From an uncultured Bacilli bacterium (GTDB taxonomy: Bacteria > Bacillota_I > Bacilli_A > RF39 > UBA660), in NCBI GenBank assembly GCA_944363735.1, contig CALVVB010000002.1, positions 16,349 through 80,348 on the forward strand: a stretch of DNA of 64,000 nt, read 5' to 3'. The notes under the pieces were generated by a model. The model was not told the DNA's origin and did not search any database. It saw only the letters and a program-made list of their open reading frames with translations. Positions 30,404 to 39,902 of this stretch are shown here, piece by piece. Made by a program: the position numbers and the translations under genes. The first letter of the stretch is position 1; every line of letters begins with the position of its first letter.

Positions 30404-31659
30404 TATACCACTTCCTTTTTAGTTAAAATAAGTGCGACAAAGATACTAACAGACGGTGCTAGTAAGACATGACCTGTAATTAGTGATAATAATATAATTA
30501 ATGTAAGTGATAAATAATTACATATCTTATAAGAATTATCTTTTATACCATAAGTAAATTTAAATGCTTTATAAAGTAAGAAGATAAATACTCCCATATA
30601 AATAATAAAACCAACTACACCATGCCTAAATAAAATATCAAAATAATCCATCTCAATCATCTTAGTGTTAGCATCATCAGTACCATAATTTTCAATATAA
30701 CCAATACCAAATATCTTCTCTAAAGTACTAGAGTCTTTATAACTATTAAAGGTATTGCCTAAAAATTTCAGTCTCGAACTAAAGACAAAATGATCAAATA
30801 ACTCGTAATCAGTAAATACTTCCATAACATTATCAACACCTAGAAAATCTAAATGTATTTCAATATTTTTATAAAAAGCAGTTCTAGGTAAATAAAAACT
30901 TATAAATAATATAAATAAAACCAACGTTACCACAAGAATAGAAAGTACTTTATATAATTTTTCTTTGGCTAAATAGATTATATAAATAAATAAGACTACC
31001 CCAAGTATAAGAATAAAAGATAAAAGTGGCCCTTTCGTACCAATACTTAAAATATCAAATACTAAAATGCCTATTAAAAGAATAGTTAAGAAAAAGTTCT
31101 TCTTATGATAAAGATAAAGTAAAAAGAAAGGCATTAATATTGAAATAATGGCACTAATCTCATTAGCAGTGTTAAAAAAGCCAATACTTCCCTCTTTACT
31201 AATTGCATAACTATCAAAACCTATCACTAAAATATCTGGAATAAAGATACCTAAAAGATAAATGATATAAACAGTAACTATAGTCTTATTAGTAATAAAG
31301 GTTTTATTTTCTTTAACAATAGCATAAAAACTAAGTAATAAAATTGGTAAGTAAAAAGCCTTTATAGCATTCTGTCCTTCATATAATAAAACAGACATAT
31401 CTTTATTAACAATAGTTAATATTCCAAAGATAATAAGATATATAAAGATACTTCCTAATATTAATAATAAATACTTCTTATCTTTACCTTTATATATGAA
31501 TATAAGATAGAAAGCACATATTAAAATAATTATAAATCTAACTACCATTCCAATAGTAAAATTGATATTTAAAAGTTGCAACATACATGCTGTTAACATA
31601 TCAAAAAGTGGACTTAGTATTAAGAATAATTCTATCAATTTTATAATATTTTTTTTCAT
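30403..31659 (-). CDS. O-antigen ligase/polymerase-like (Wzy_C type) polytopic membrane protein
   Basis: 418 aa with about 10-12 TM helices and one larger loop, located within a polysaccharide operon. Assignment is by topology and context only. Confidence 0.5.
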   Translation of the reverse strand: MKKNIIKLIELFLILSPLFDMLTACMLQLLNINFTIGMVVRFIIILICAFYLIFIYKGKDKKYLLLILGSIFIYLIIFGILTIVNKDMSVLLYEGQNAIKAFYLPILLLSFYAIVKENKTFITNKTIVTVYIIYLLGIFIPDILVIGFDSYAISKEGSIGFFNTANEISAIISILMPFFLLYLYHKKNFFLTILLIGILVFDILSIGTKGPLLSFILILGVVLFIYIIYLAKEKLYKVLSILVVTLVLFILFISFYLPRTAFYKNIEIHLDFLGVDNVMEVFTDYELFDHFVFSSRLKFLGNTFNSYKDSSTLEKIFGIGYIENYGTDDANTKMIEMDYFDILFRHGVVGFIIYMGVFIFLLYKAFKFTYGIKDNSYKICNYLSLTLIILLSLITGHVLLAPSVSIFVALILTKKEVV

Positions 31660-31719
31660 AGTCTAAACCTTTCTAACTACACTTATAATACCATAGAATG
31701 ACTAAAGAAAACAGAAATT

Positions 31720-31745
31720 AAAAAAAATTGTCAAGAAGTTGACAA
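31720..31745 (-). terminator. intrinsic terminator splitting the polysaccharide locus
   Basis: Minus strand TTGTCAA-CTTC-TTGACAA followed by eight T. Confidence 0.75.
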
Positions 31746-31756
31746 CTTTTTAGCAA

Positions 31757-32725
31757 TTACTCTTCATTTAGATTTTTAGATATTATATACCTAGGTCTTG
31801 CTTTAGTCTCACTATAAATCTTACCAATGTATTCACCTATTATTCCTAAAGATAACATTTCAAGTCCTGCTACAATCCAGATAGAGCACATAATAAACGT
31901 CCAGCCATCTACTGTATAACCAAATAATTTAACTATTAAACAATATATTAAAATTAATATACTAATAGCAAAAATAAAGATTCCTAAATTTAAAACAAGT
32001 TTTATTGGACGAATTGAAAAAGAAGTAATACCATCCCATGCAAAAGAAAGCATCTTTTTTAATGGATATTTACTCTCACCTGCAAATCTTTCGTTTCTCT
32101 CATAGTAAACAATGTCTGATGAAAAACCAATTAACGGAAAAATACCACGCAAGAATAAATTTACTTCTTTGTAATTTTCTAAATAATCTAATACCCTTTT
32201 ACTAGTCAGTCTATAATCAGCATGATTATAAACAACATCTACTCCCATTTTGTTCATAAATTTATAGAAACCTTCAGCAGTAGTTCTTTTAAACCAGGTA
32301 TCCTTTTTTCTAGAACTTCTAACACCATAAACAATATCATTTCCTTGATAATACTTATCAATCATTTTATCCATAGCATTAATATCATCTTGTAAATCTG
32401 CATCCATACTGATAACAAAGTCAGCATAGTTTTTAGCAGTCATTAACCCTGCTAACAAGGCATTTTGATGTCCCCTATTTCTTGACAAAGATATACCTGT
32501 AAATAGTTTTTCCTTCTTATGTATTTTTTCAATAATATCCCAAGTTTTATCCTTACTTCCATCATTAACATACATAACCTTACTTTTATCGCTTATTTTC
32601 TTTTCAGCTATTAACTTTTGCATTTTATCTTTTAATTGTTTTGTTGTTTCTTCTAAAACTTCTTCTTCATTATAACAAGGTATCACAACATACAAAATTT
32701 CTTGAATAACTTGTTTTTTTTTCAT
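31757..32725 (-). CDS. GtrB/CsbB-type polyprenyl-phosphate glycosyltransferase (GT2 with 2 C-terminal TM helices)
   Basis: VVIPCYNEEE...VNDGSKDKT...SRNRGHQNAL...DADLQDD plus C-terminal TM helices and the GEYIGKIY motif. ATG 32725 follows GAGGAAG. Confidence 0.85.
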   Translation of the reverse strand: MKKKQVIQEILYVVIPCYNEEEVLEETTKQLKDKMQKLIAEKKISDKSKVMYVNDGSKDKTWDIIEKIHKKEKLFTGISLSRNRGHQNALLAGLMTAKNYADFVISMDADLQDDINAMDKMIDKYYQGNDIVYGVRSSRKKDTWFKRTTAEGFYKFMNKMGVDVVYNHADYRLTSKRVLDYLENYKEVNLFLRGIFPLIGFSSDIVYYERNERFAGESKYPLKKMLSFAWDGITSFSIRPIKLVLNLGIFIFAISILILIYCLIVKLFGYTVDGWTFIMCSIWIVAGLEMLSLGIIGEYIGKIYSETKARPRYIISKNLNEE

Positions 32726-32806
32726 ATATAACACTTCCTCACTGATTATTTTGCAATATAATAACTCTCCTAAAAATAGTTTACCATTAACTTTAATTAT
32801 TGTAAA

Positions 32807-33979
32807 CTATTTCTCATTTTTTATCATTACAATAAAATCTTTAAACAAATATATAAGAATACCAAAGAAAATCATAGAAAGTAAATAAGATGGTACTAAA
32901 TAACTATTAAATAAAAACATACAATAAGAGGTAATTGAAATAAAAGAAATAAGAATAGCGACAAGGTAATTTCTTTTATAAAGAACGCAATATAAAAGAC
33001 TAAATATATCAGCAGCAAATAAATATCTCTCATGCATATAAGGTAAGAAATAAGTACAAAGAACAATAGATAGTACACCTAGTAAAAGTATCTTTTCCAT
33101 ATTAAAATTAACTTTTTTCTTTATAATATAGAATAATAAGAAAGCAAAAATTATAATTAAAGTAAGTATTCCAATTTTTGATAAATATTGTTCATTGCCA
33201 TTAATTAAACTATATAAATTTGGAAAATTTAAATTTAAACTTTTATATGTTGAAGTCTGATTAAAATAAACCAACAAACACTCAGAAATAGGCTTACCTG
33301 CAATTATAGCCGGTAAACAAAGAATAAAATTTACTAAAGGAATTATAAGAAAGTAAAGAATTGAAAAATTCTTCTTTCTAAAATATAAGATTATATATAC
33401 TGGAAGAACAAAAATAAACTGTAATTTAAAAGCAAATGCTAGTCCTAATGAAATAAATGAAAATAACGTCTTATCCTTATATAGAAAATAAAAGGCAAGT
33501 ACTAAAAAGGTAGTATAAATAACATCACATTGAGCCCAAAGTGCCCCATTCATAACAACAGTAGGTAAAAATAATGTTATTCCAAAAGCTAAAATAGATA
33601 GCATTTTACGATTATTATCTTTGCTTATAACATCATAAACAAATTTTCCAACTAAAAAAGCCAGAATATAATCAAAAATAATAGAGATAATTTTAATACT
33701 AATTAAAGGATTAATTTTTAAATAAGTCAACAATGCTAATATTGTCATATATGGAGCATTATAATCTCCAGGATAATTAGCAAGACCACTCAAACCTCCC
33801 GCTTCCTTTAGTTCATAAAACCATGGACTTAAAAAGTTTTTAAAATCTTCAGACTGATATGACAGCATAAAATAACGAAGAATTAATGAAAAAAGTACAA
33901 TTCCTATTATAATTAAACAATCAATATGATTTTCAATCCAGTTTATAAATTTATTTTCTACTTTCGATATTTTTTCCAT
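32807..33979 (-). CDS. GT-C fold membrane glycosyltransferase (PMT_2/DUF2029-like)
   Basis: 390 aa polytopic protein directly downstream of another GT-C-like gene and upstream of the GtrB-type gene. Assignment is by topology and context. Confidence 0.5.
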   Translation of the reverse strand: MEKISKVENKFINWIENHIDCLIIIGIVLFSLILRYFMLSYQSEDFKNFLSPWFYELKEAGGLSGLANYPGDYNAPYMTILALLTYLKINPLISIKIISIIFDYILAFLVGKFVYDVISKDNNRKMLSILAFGITLFLPTVVMNGALWAQCDVIYTTFLVLAFYFLYKDKTLFSFISLGLAFAFKLQFIFVLPVYIILYFRKKNFSILYFLIIPLVNFILCLPAIIAGKPISECLLVYFNQTSTYKSLNLNFPNLYSLINGNEQYLSKIGILTLIIIFAFLLFYIIKKKVNFNMEKILLLGVLSIVLCTYFLPYMHERYLFAADIFSLLYCVLYKRNYLVAILISFISITSYCMFLFNSYLVPSYLLSMIFFGILIYLFKDFIVMIKNEK

Positions 33980-35511
33980 TTTAAACCTCCTAATAACTTC
34001 AACTTATCAATATAATAAACAATTATAATAATAAAAATTGGAATATAATTATATAAATATCTAGAACGATTCTCCCAAACTAATAAGAATAAAAGTAACA
34101 AAAATATTGACATATGCTCTACTAAAGTTTCTTTATCTTTTTTCTTATAACAATAAAAACCAGAAAAACAAAGAATAAACAAAAAGGCAACTTGAACACC
34201 TTCCTCAAAATAGAAAATTACATCGTTATTTTGACTTGTTAAAAATTTTTGAACTTTAGTATCATGATTTACATTTTTATTTATAGTTAAAGCAACTGGA
34301 GCATAATAACTTCCATCACCCCAAGCATTAACCGTTTTTTTAGTTAAATAGTCCATATAGCAAAAAAAACCATAGTTTTTCAAGCGTTTACCAATTTCTT
34401 CAAAATGACGAGGCACACTATCTTTACCTGTCTTATAACTTTGAGTAATCTTATAATCTTTAAGATTATAACCACCATAACTATTTCTATCAGAATTATC
34501 AGCATTAGGATCTTCTATTCCCATCATAAGCCAATGAGTAACAGGTATTTTTCCATAATCATTAACTTCGAATGAAAAACTTTCTCGTTCTACAATGGTT
34601 TTCTGATATATTATATTAGAACCTAAATAACATACACAAAAGATCATTAAAAATAATAAACATGTCTTATATTTCTTTACTATAATAAAATAGAAAATAA
34701 AACCTACAAAGAAAAACAAAACTGTCATTTTAATCTTCATTCCAACAAAAAGAGCCAAAGCCATAAATATAAATATTAAAATATTTTTTTTCAACTTATT
34801 ATCTTCGATAAATGTTGATAAGAATAATAAAAATGGTCCAAAGGCAATAGATAATGTATCAGAATAAAAAATTGGTAAATATAAATATAAAGGCAGAAAG
34901 AAAAAACTAATGAGCAAACTAAAATAAGCTTTTTCTTTTCCAAATTTTCTATAACAATAAAGAACTAAAAAAAGTATAGAAAGAAAAATACTAATGCCAT
35001 TAAAGAAAATACCTACAGAAAGAAAATTATTAATACCGAAAAACTGACCTATTTTAAAGAATACTACTTCTAACGTAAAAATAAAAATATTATTTGGAAA
35101 AAGTTGAAAATATTCTGGATATGTAGCCAATAAATTACGATTTCCTGTTAGAACATATGACTTTGCTTGATTATATACAACATCAAAATCCCATCCAAGT
35201 GGAGCATCAAAAACTATTGAAACAAGTATTAAAATAATAATTGATACAACAAAAGTCAGCCCAAAAAGAATATAAATGGCTTTCTTAGATAATTTAGAAA
35301 AAAGTTTCTTTATAAATTTATAAAGAAAATACCATAAAATACATACCAAAATTCCAATAATTAAATAAATTAAAGGATTAAATTTTTTATAAACAGATAT
35401 ATCCCTAAAAAAGCAATTAATAAAGACATACGAAAAACTTAAAGTAAAAATAAAGTAAAAAATGGAAAGCAAAATATTTCTAAAATTTTTATTATTACTG
35501 TTTTTCTTCAT
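33958..35511 (-). CDS. GT-C fold membrane glycosyltransferase (ArnT/GT39-like)
   Basis: 517 aa. About 12 TM helices with a soluble loop near the C-terminus. Assignment is by topology and context. Confidence 0.5.
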   Translation of the reverse strand: MKKNSNNKNFRNILLSIFYFIFTLSFSYVFINCFFRDISVYKKFNPLIYLIIGILVCILWYFLYKFIKKLFSKLSKKAIYILFGLTFVVSIIILILVSIVFDAPLGWDFDVVYNQAKSYVLTGNRNLLATYPEYFQLFPNNIFIFTLEVVFFKIGQFFGINNFLSVGIFFNGISIFLSILFLVLYCYRKFGKEKAYFSLLISFFFLPLYLYLPIFYSDTLSIAFGPFLLFLSTFIEDNKLKKNILIFIFMALALFVGMKIKMTVLFFFVGFIFYFIIVKKYKTCLLFLMIFCVCYLGSNIIYQKTIVERESFSFEVNDYGKIPVTHWLMMGIEDPNADNSDRNSYGGYNLKDYKITQSYKTGKDSVPRHFEEIGKRLKNYGFFCYMDYLTKKTVNAWGDGSYYAPVALTINKNVNHDTKVQKFLTSQNNDVIFYFEEGVQVAFLFILCFSGFYCYKKKDKETLVEHMSIFLLLLFLLVWENRSRYLYNYIPIFIIIIVYYIDKLKLLGGLKWKKYRK

Positions 35512-35520
35512 AAACGCCTC

Positions 35521-37455
35521 CTATTTTTTCTTATCTAATTTCCATACTCTTATTAAAAATTTATATCTTTTTTCTATTTCAGATTGTTGTTTTTTAGAAA
35601 ATTTATACATAGTTCCTATTTCTTTATGAACCTTTTTTATTTCGTTCAACTGAGCTTGTTTTTTATTCAAACTAGTAACATTATTACCATGAACACGATA
35701 AAAATTATAAGGCTTATTTATAAAAGATATCTTACCTTCTCTCATAACATTAACATAAAATAACCAATCTCCAGCTTGTTTATATTTACCTGACTTAGTA
35801 AAATACTTTTTATAATTTCCATTTTTAAAAATAACAGAAGAAACATTAGCAATAGTACAATTCAAATAAGCATATTTTTTTATTTCATCTTCACCATTTT
35901 CAACAAAGTCATGATCCCAATGACCTGATTTTAATATGTCTATTTCAGGTTTTATAGAAGGAAGAATTATCTTACCAAATTTATCTATAAAAGCTGTATC
36001 AGCATATGATATAACTATAGAATCATCTTCTTTAATTGGTTTTAAAACAGATTTTAAAAATTGTTTTTGACAAAAATCATCTGCTTCTGCAATCCATACA
36101 TAATCACCTGTAGCATTTTCAAAACCTTTCTCCCATTGTTTAAAAGCTGAACCACTATTAACATCATTATAAATTTTTTTAATATTAATATATTCTTTAA
36201 GCTTATCAACAAGATCATCTATAACTTCTCTACTATTATCTTTAGAACAATCATCCAAAATTATTAACTCATCTATTTTTTCAGTCTGATATAAAATACT
36301 ATAAATTCTCTGATACATAAAATCAGCATAATTATAGTTTGGTATTACTACAGAAACAGTTTTACCACTTCCTTTTTTGTTACTTTGTTTTTCTGCCAAA
36401 GAAATAAGCTTATCTATAGTTATATCAGAAGGAATAACTGATTTAACTATATTTCTAGAATAAAACTTATAAAAAGATATCATAATATTTGCTAAAAAAG
36501 AAAAGCCATTATCATTAAATTTTAAGTAAAGTTTATAATAATATTTATGTTTAGTCCCCTGAGTTTCTAAAAAGTTCCAAAAATAATGATTTTGTCTTAT
36601 TTTATATTTAGCACTTCTCTTATATAATTCTTTTAAGAATTTATAACGCTTAATAAACCTATCTTCTTTAGGTGGAATATATAAATAAAACATAATAACT
36701 TGTTGATATATAATTATATCAAAATACTTTTTATATCCTTTTATTTTATTGATACGCTCCTCTAAAATATCAAGTGCTTTAAAAATATCAAATCTTTTAA
36801 AGCTTAAAGTATCATTCTGTGTAGATTTTTGTCTTTGAATATAATTATAATAAGTATCACCAGTATAAGCTATTTTTTTTGCATTTATTATAGCAGCTAA
36901 TACAGTAGCAACATCTTCATTCATTATCCCAGTTGGAAATGGAAACTTTTCTAATAACTCTTTTCTAAATAACTTATTACAAGGTGAAGCTGCATGACCT
37001 TGATTTAAGATATTTTCTTTTGTAACTCTTCCTTCACATTCAACTGCCCTTACATCTGTTTGATTTTCAAAAGATGAATCATACTTTATAAAGATATCAC
37101 ATACTACAACATCAGCTTTTTCTTTAGTAATAGTTTTATATAATTCTTCATAAAAATTATCTTCTAAATAATCATCAGAATCAATAAAAGATATTAAATC
37201 ATATTTAGCTTCTTTTAAAGCAATATTTCTATTATAACCAGCACCATGATTTTCCTTATTTTTAATTAGTTTTATATAAGGACATTTTTTCATATAACGA
37301 TTAATAATAGAAACTGTTTTATCAGTAGAACAATCATCAACTAAGATAATTTCAAACTTTTCTAAGTTTTGATTCAAAATAGAATCTAAGCATTTTTCTA
37401 TATATAATTCTGTATTATAACATGGTATTATAATTGATATTCCTTCTTTTTTCAT
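35521..37455 (-). CDS. bifunctional glycosyltransferase with two GT2 domains
   Basis: 644 aa. Domain 1 has ISIIIPCYN...VDDCSTD...SDDY. Domain 2 has VSVVIPNYN...LDDCSKD...EADD. Confidence 0.85.
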   Translation of the reverse strand: MKKEGISIIIPCYNTELYIEKCLDSILNQNLEKFEIILVDDCSTDKTVSIINRYMKKCPYIKLIKNKENHGAGYNRNIALKEAKYDLISFIDSDDYLEDNFYEELYKTITKEKADVVVCDIFIKYDSSFENQTDVRAVECEGRVTKENILNQGHAASPCNKLFRKELLEKFPFPTGIMNEDVATVLAAIINAKKIAYTGDTYYNYIQRQKSTQNDTLSFKRFDIFKALDILEERINKIKGYKKYFDIIIYQQVIMFYLYIPPKEDRFIKRYKFLKELYKRSAKYKIRQNHYFWNFLETQGTKHKYYYKLYLKFNDNGFSFLANIMISFYKFYSRNIVKSVIPSDITIDKLISLAEKQSNKKGSGKTVSVVIPNYNYADFMYQRIYSILYQTEKIDELIILDDCSKDNSREVIDDLVDKLKEYINIKKIYNDVNSGSAFKQWEKGFENATGDYVWIAEADDFCQKQFLKSVLKPIKEDDSIVISYADTAFIDKFGKIILPSIKPEIDILKSGHWDHDFVENGEDEIKKYAYLNCTIANVSSVIFKNGNYKKYFTKSGKYKQAGDWLFYVNVMREGKISFINKPYNFYRVHGNNVTSLNKKQAQLNEIKKVHKEIGTMYKFSKKQQSEIEKRYKFLIRVWKLDKKK

Positions 37456-37465
37456 AATGTACTCC

Positions 37466-38341
37466 TTATATTTTTTTATTTTTAATCATAACTTCTTTTA
37501 ATAGTTTTAATGATTTTAAGATATTACTTTCTCTAAAAATTAATTTTCTATATAAATCATCATTATAATCATTGTTAAGAGAAGACCCTTCTTTATGAAA
37601 TATTTCTATATTAGGATCATAAATAAATTTTAAATTATCTTTTCTTCTACGATAATTTAAAAACTCTTCTTCATGATAAAGAAATGTACGAGAATAAAAG
37701 CAATCTTTATATTTATCATAATATCTTTTAGAAAAGATAATTGCACACCCATGAAGGGCTACATCTTCTAAAAAACAATCAGCATTTTCCAAATGACTAG
37801 GTTTCTTTATAAGTCTTTTTATTTTAAAATAAGTTCTTAGTAAAAACCTTTTAAACTTACTATTATAAATTCCTAACAACATTTCTGACTTATCAATCGC
37901 TTTATTTACTTTATCTAAAGTATCATAAACTGGAAAAGGATTTACTGAATCTCCTTCATTAGTTAGAATTTTAAATCCTAATGCATCAAAAGAATGCTCT
38001 TTATAAATATTTTGTATTCTCTTTAATAAATCTTTTTGAGTTAATAAAGTATCATTATTAATAACAATCATAAAATCAGGCTGATACTTTTCTCTTGCTA
38101 AGTCTATTCCCTTATTATTACCTTTAGCAAAACCAATATTTTCTTCTAAAATTATTAGATCATCTACTAAAGTCTTTAACTTTCTATCATCTTCTTCTAC
38201 ACCACTATTATTATCTACAACAATAATTTTATAGTTCTTATCTTCAAGAGTTCTAATTGAATTTATACACTCTATCGTATCATTAATATTCTTATAATGC
38301 AAAATTATAAATACTGCTTCTACTCTTTCCTTTTTTTTCAT
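37466..38341 (-). CDS. GT2 family glycosyltransferase (rhamnosyltransferase-like)
   Basis: AVFIILHYKN...VVDNNS...GFAKGNN...INNDT pattern. ATG 38341 follows GAGGAA. Confidence 0.7.
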   Translation of the reverse strand: MKKKERVEAVFIILHYKNINDTIECINSIRTLEDKNYKIIVVDNNSGVEEDDRKLKTLVDDLIILEENIGFAKGNNKGIDLAREKYQPDFMIVINNDTLLTQKDLLKRIQNIYKEHSFDALGFKILTNEGDSVNPFPVYDTLDKVNKAIDKSEMLLGIYNSKFKRFLLRTYFKIKRLIKKPSHLENADCFLEDVALHGCAIIFSKRYYDKYKDCFYSRTFLYHEEEFLNYRRRKDNLKFIYDPNIEIFHKEGSSLNNDYNDDLYRKLIFRESNILKSLKLLKEVMIKNKKI

Positions 38342-38342
38342 C

Positions 38343-39128
38343 TTATAATTCCTCAGCAAATCTTTTTTCTATTTTTTTGAATATTTGGTAACCTATAATA
38401 AGTATTGCAAAACTGATAATTCCTACTATAGCAAGTATAGAAAAATCTGGTAATACTTGATAATAGAATATATCTCTATATGCATTAATAATGTGTGCCA
38501 TTGGGTTAATATTCATAATCCATTCAAAAGCTGTATTTGCAAACAATTCACTAGAATATAAGATAGGTGTAGCATAAAATAACATCATAACAATAAAATT
38601 AACTATATATTCAATATCTCTAATATAAACATTTATAGCACTTAAGATAAATATAATACCTAAGGATAAAATATATTGAATAAGAGTAATTAATGGTAAG
38701 AGTAACATAACAAGTGATAAATTCATTCCACCAAAAATAATAAATATTAAAATAATAATACAAGAAATAAAGAAATTAATTAAACCACTAGTAACTACCG
38801 ATATTGGTAATATTTCTCTAGGAAAATAAACTTTCTTTATTATATTACCATTATTAACTATAGTAGTAGTTCCCTGATTAACTACAGTAGTAAAAAAGTT
38901 CCAAGGAATAATTCCTACTATAAGAAATATAACATAATTAGGTTCTGAACTTTTTAAAATTAATGGAAAAACTATTGCGTATACTAAAACCATTAATAAT
39001 GGATTAATAAAAGACCATAAAACACCTAGAAAAGATCCTTTATATTTACCACGTATTTCCTTTCTGACATTTGTCTTTAAAAGTTCACGATATTGATATA
39101 AATCTTTAAAAATCTTCATTATAATCAC
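38343..39128 (-). CDS. polysaccharide ABC exporter permease (Wzm/TagG/RfbA type, ABC-2)
   Basis: 261 aa with 6 TM helices. LYQYRELLKTNVRKEIRGKYKGSFLGVLWSFINP is the typical N-terminal motif. Confidence 0.85.
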   Translation of the reverse strand: MIIMKIFKDLYQYRELLKTNVRKEIRGKYKGSFLGVLWSFINPLLMVLVYAIVFPLILKSSEPNYVIFLIVGIIPWNFFTTVVNQGTTTIVNNGNIIKKVYFPREILPISVVTSGLINFFISCIIILIFIIFGGMNLSLVMLLLPLITLIQYILSLGIIFILSAINVYIRDIEYIVNFIVMMLFYATPILYSSELFANTAFEWIMNINPMAHIINAYRDIFYYQVLPDFSILAIVGIISFAILIIGYQIFKKIEKRFAEEL

Positions 39129-39875
39129 CTACTGACATATTTTTAAGTATTCCTCTACCACTTTATTTGGCTCATCATCCATTTTAACTTTTCCTTCATA
39201 AATCCATACCGCTCTAGTACACATTTTTTTTACAGCATTTAAATCATGAGTAACAATAACAATTGTTTTATCACTTTTCTTAAGTTCATCTAACTTAGCA
39301 AAACATTTTTCTTGAAAATGTTGATCTCCTACAGCCAAAATCTCATCTACTAATAAAATATCTGCATCAACATTAATAGCAATAGAAAAAGCAAGTCTCA
39401 TATACATTCCAGAAGAATAAGTACGTACTGGGCTATCAATAAAATTATCTAGTTCAGAGAATGAAATAATATCATCCAATCTTTTATCTATTTCAGATTT
39501 TGACAATCCAAAAATAGAAGCATTGAAATAAATATTTTCCCTTCCTGTGAAATCAGGATGAAACCCAGCTCCTAATTCCAAAAGAGATGTTAGTTTTCCA
39601 TTAGTAACAATTGTCCCCTTATTAGGATAAATAATCTTAGTCATTAACTTTAAAAGTGTAGATTTACCACTACCATTAGTACCAACTAAAGCAACAGTTT
39701 CTCCTTTTTTTATATCAAGATTAATATTTTCTAAAACTATCCTATTCTCTGCCTTATTACGAGTAATATTAACAAGCCTTTCTTTTAACGTATTTGGTTT
39801 ATCATAATATAGTTTAAAATACTTTGTAACATTTTTTACTCTTATAGCAAATTCACTATCTTTTTTAGCCATCAA
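39129..39875 (-). CDS. polysaccharide ABC exporter ATP-binding protein (Wzt/TagH/RfbB type)
   Basis: Walker A GTNGSGKST, signature YSSGMYMRLAF and Walker B ILLVDEILAVGD. Confidence 0.88.
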   Translation of the reverse strand: MMAKKDSEFAIRVKNVTKYFKLYYDKPNTLKERLVNITRNKAENRIVLENINLDIKKGETVALVGTNGSGKSTLLKLMTKIIYPNKGTIVTNGKLTSLLELGAGFHPDFTGRENIYFNASIFGLSKSEIDKRLDDIISFSELDNFIDSPVRTYSSGMYMRLAFSIAINVDADILLVDEILAVGDQHFQEKCFAKLDELKKSDKTIVIVTHDLNAVKKMCTRAVWIYEGKVKMDDEPNKVVEEYLKICQ

Positions 39876-39902
39876 GTACTCCTCCTTATGTTCATAAGTA
39901 TA

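Noticed and set aside
32714-32722. A9 homopolymer directly after the ATG of the GtrB-type gene, considered as a phase-variation switch. Similar A8-A9 tracts occur at 38331-38338, 47303-47310 and 18915-18923.
   Set aside because: MKKK... N-termini encoded by A-runs are pervasive in this AT-rich genome, including in housekeeping genes. Without population data there is no evidence of length variation.
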